64,000 nt of DNA, taken from assembly GCA_951406725.2 (NCBI GenBank), contig OX597828.1:64604001-64668000 (forward strand), given 5' to 3'. Positions 61,972 to 64,000 of this stretch are shown here, in pieces. A program made the position numbers and the translations under genes. The DNA comes from Octopus vulgaris. Its lineage: Eukaryota. A model generated the notes under the pieces. That model was given only the letters and a program-made list of their open reading frames with translations. It made no database searches and was not told the origin of the DNA. Numbering within the stretch: the stretch's first letter is position 1; each line of letters begins with the position of its first letter.

Positions 61972-64000
61972 ATTTTTCTTGACATCGCTTCGCTGACGAA
62001 GATTAGGAATGCTGTTGTCCACGTCCTCTTCACGCTCGTTCTCGGCTGATAAGGCCGATGTGGCATCGACATATCCGATTGCAGTGATGAGAGGGGTATG
62101 GTTTTTCGGGGTCTGATGATGCAGCTGCATAATTTTTTCGCCTCTGACGTTTGTCTTCAAGAGAGTCACTGCGAGAGATCTCAAAGGAAGAAACAACATC
62201 GCTGATCGTATGGCGCCAAGCGACGTGATCAGAGTGCACCACTCATGATAATCATTGTCACAAACACTAAGGGATTTCTTCAGGCTGTCCTTGTAATGCT
62301 TCCTTGGTACCCTCACCCCACTCTGTTGCGGTGGTCTGTGGTGAACTAACTGTACATGATGATCTCGAGTAGGCGGTGGTCTTTCATCCTGTCAACGTGC
62401 CACGTCCAACGCAATCGTGTCTCAATCAAAATGGCTTCCTTCCAGGCTGGTGACCTTTGCTCGCCCGAGGACCTCAGTATCGATGATGTAGATGCTCCAG
62501 TAAATGTTGAGGATGGTACGGAGGCAGCGTTGATGAAAACATTCAAGGAGCCTCAGATGATAGCAGTAGGTGACCCAAGACTCAGAGCCATATAGGAGCG
62601 TCGTGAAAACGACGGCCCTGCAGATGCTGACTTTTGTGCTGATCTTAAGATGCTTTTTGTTTAAGACACGCTTGTAAAGTCTGCCAAATGTTTTGTTTGT
62701 CTTTTCAATTCTGTTGTCAATTTCTTTGTTGATACTTGCATCTGATGAGACGGTACGTCCTAGATAAGTGAACTGCTGTACAGACTTCAGTTCTGTTTCG
62801 GCAATGGTGATATGAGGCAGGCTGTACGCTTCCTGAAGAGCTGGTTGGTTTAGTCTCTATGAAACTAACTTCCAGCCCGAAGTGCTAGGCGGCCTCTGCG
62901 AAGCAGGATGTGATGCGTTGCAGGGCCCTTTCTGCGTGTGCGACAAGTGCGGCATCATCTGCAAAGAGGAGGTTCTGGGTCAGTTGCTCTTGACCCATGG
63001 ACCTGTAGGCGCCGCAGGTTGATAAGACTTCCACACAGACGCCTTTAGCGCCGTCTTCAGCGTTGAGGTTTGCTGAAGAGGGTTGCTGCCAGGACACAAC
63101 CCTGCTTCACGCCGTTGTTGATGAGGAATGACGCTGATATATCGCTATTCAGGTGGATTTGTTCTTGTTGGTCTTCGTGAAGCTGGCTGACCATGGCTAG
63201 GGATATTGAGGGACAGCCAATTCTTTTGTGATCTGCCACAGACCTTACCTGATCACAGAGTCAAACTCCTTCGTCAGATCAACAAATGTTACGCAAAGTG
63301 GTTTGTTTTGCTCCCGTCACTTTTCTTGGAGTTCCCTGAGAACGAAAACAATATCTGTTGTTCTTCTGTTGGCTCTGAATCCACATTAGCGTTCTGGAAG
63401 ATGATTTTCGGCGATGGACAGAACAAATCTGTTGAGGAGTGATCTTGCTAGAACTTTTCCTGCAGTGGAAAGCAGGGTGATCCCCCGGTAGTTTGAGCTA
63501 TCTGACTTTTCTCCTTTGTTTTTGCACAGTGTGATGATGACAACATCGTAGAAATCTTTTGGCAGCTTGACCTGTTCCCAGCATGCAACGAGGAGCGTGG
63601 AGTGTAGCATGTAGAACAGTACCCCCATGATTCCATATCTCTGGAAGTGTACCATTGACCCTTGCTGCCTTTCTACTCTTCAGCCGGTCTATGACAACTG
63701 TATTCTTTTTCAGGGTTGGGGGCTCTTCTAGTTCCATTCTGACTGGTTGCTGTTGGATGTAGAGGATTGCGTTTTCCTGGACAACTCGGTTTGCATTGAA
63801 GAGGGCCTAAAAGCATTCAGAGCAGTGGTTGAGGATAGATGGTGTGTCTGTGAGAAGCGCCTGACAATCTGAGCTGCGCAGGGGACTCTGGACTTGATGT
63901 GTTGAACCGTAAGCTACTTTGAAAGCTGAGGTCGTCAGAGTCAGCACACAGCTGGGTTCTCCGTGCGAAGTTAGTCCACCACTCCTTCTGAACTTCACAG
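61972..64000 (-). mobile_element. RTE-BovB-like LINE, frameshifted, continuing beyond the window
   Basis: KNKGEKSDSSNYRGITLLSTAGKVLAR, NGVKQGCVLAATLF, LLFADDAALVAH, RLRWTWHVDRM and CNRICRCHIGLIS; 3' hairpin CTTCGTCAGCGAAG. Confidence 0.93.

Overview
This is AT-rich, repeat-dominated eukaryotic DNA, intergenic or intronic. The SINE families and the very high microsatellite density suggest a coleoid cephalopod, most likely Octopus; that is an inference from recalled repeat families, not a database result. I can support no host protein-coding gene, and most ORFs in the track are translated microsatellites. The window holds: R4/Dong-like restriction-like-endonuclease (RLE) LINEs of several subfamilies; Tx1/L1-like, CR1-group and RTE LINEs; mariner, maT-like, hAT and Helitron remnants; three tRNA-derived SINE families (A, B, C); Penelope-like repeats with degenerate minimal hammerhead motifs; and several templated or fold-back duplications. 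The most notable signals are: (i) (TAA)n tracts acting as landing pads for same-orientation RLE LINEs and for an ORF-less ~556-bp element with fixed ends; (ii) two SINE-LINE 3'-tail pairings visible inside the window, one with compensatory stem changes; (iii) SINE-B multimers that re-enter at a fixed internal point; (iv) a tRNA-headed element with a hammerhead-like tail, plus ~330-340-bp terminally redundant hammerhead-like units; (v) an RTE 5'UTR-like piece that ends, on its antisense strand, in an RTE-type 3' tail. All boundaries were read by eye and are approximate.
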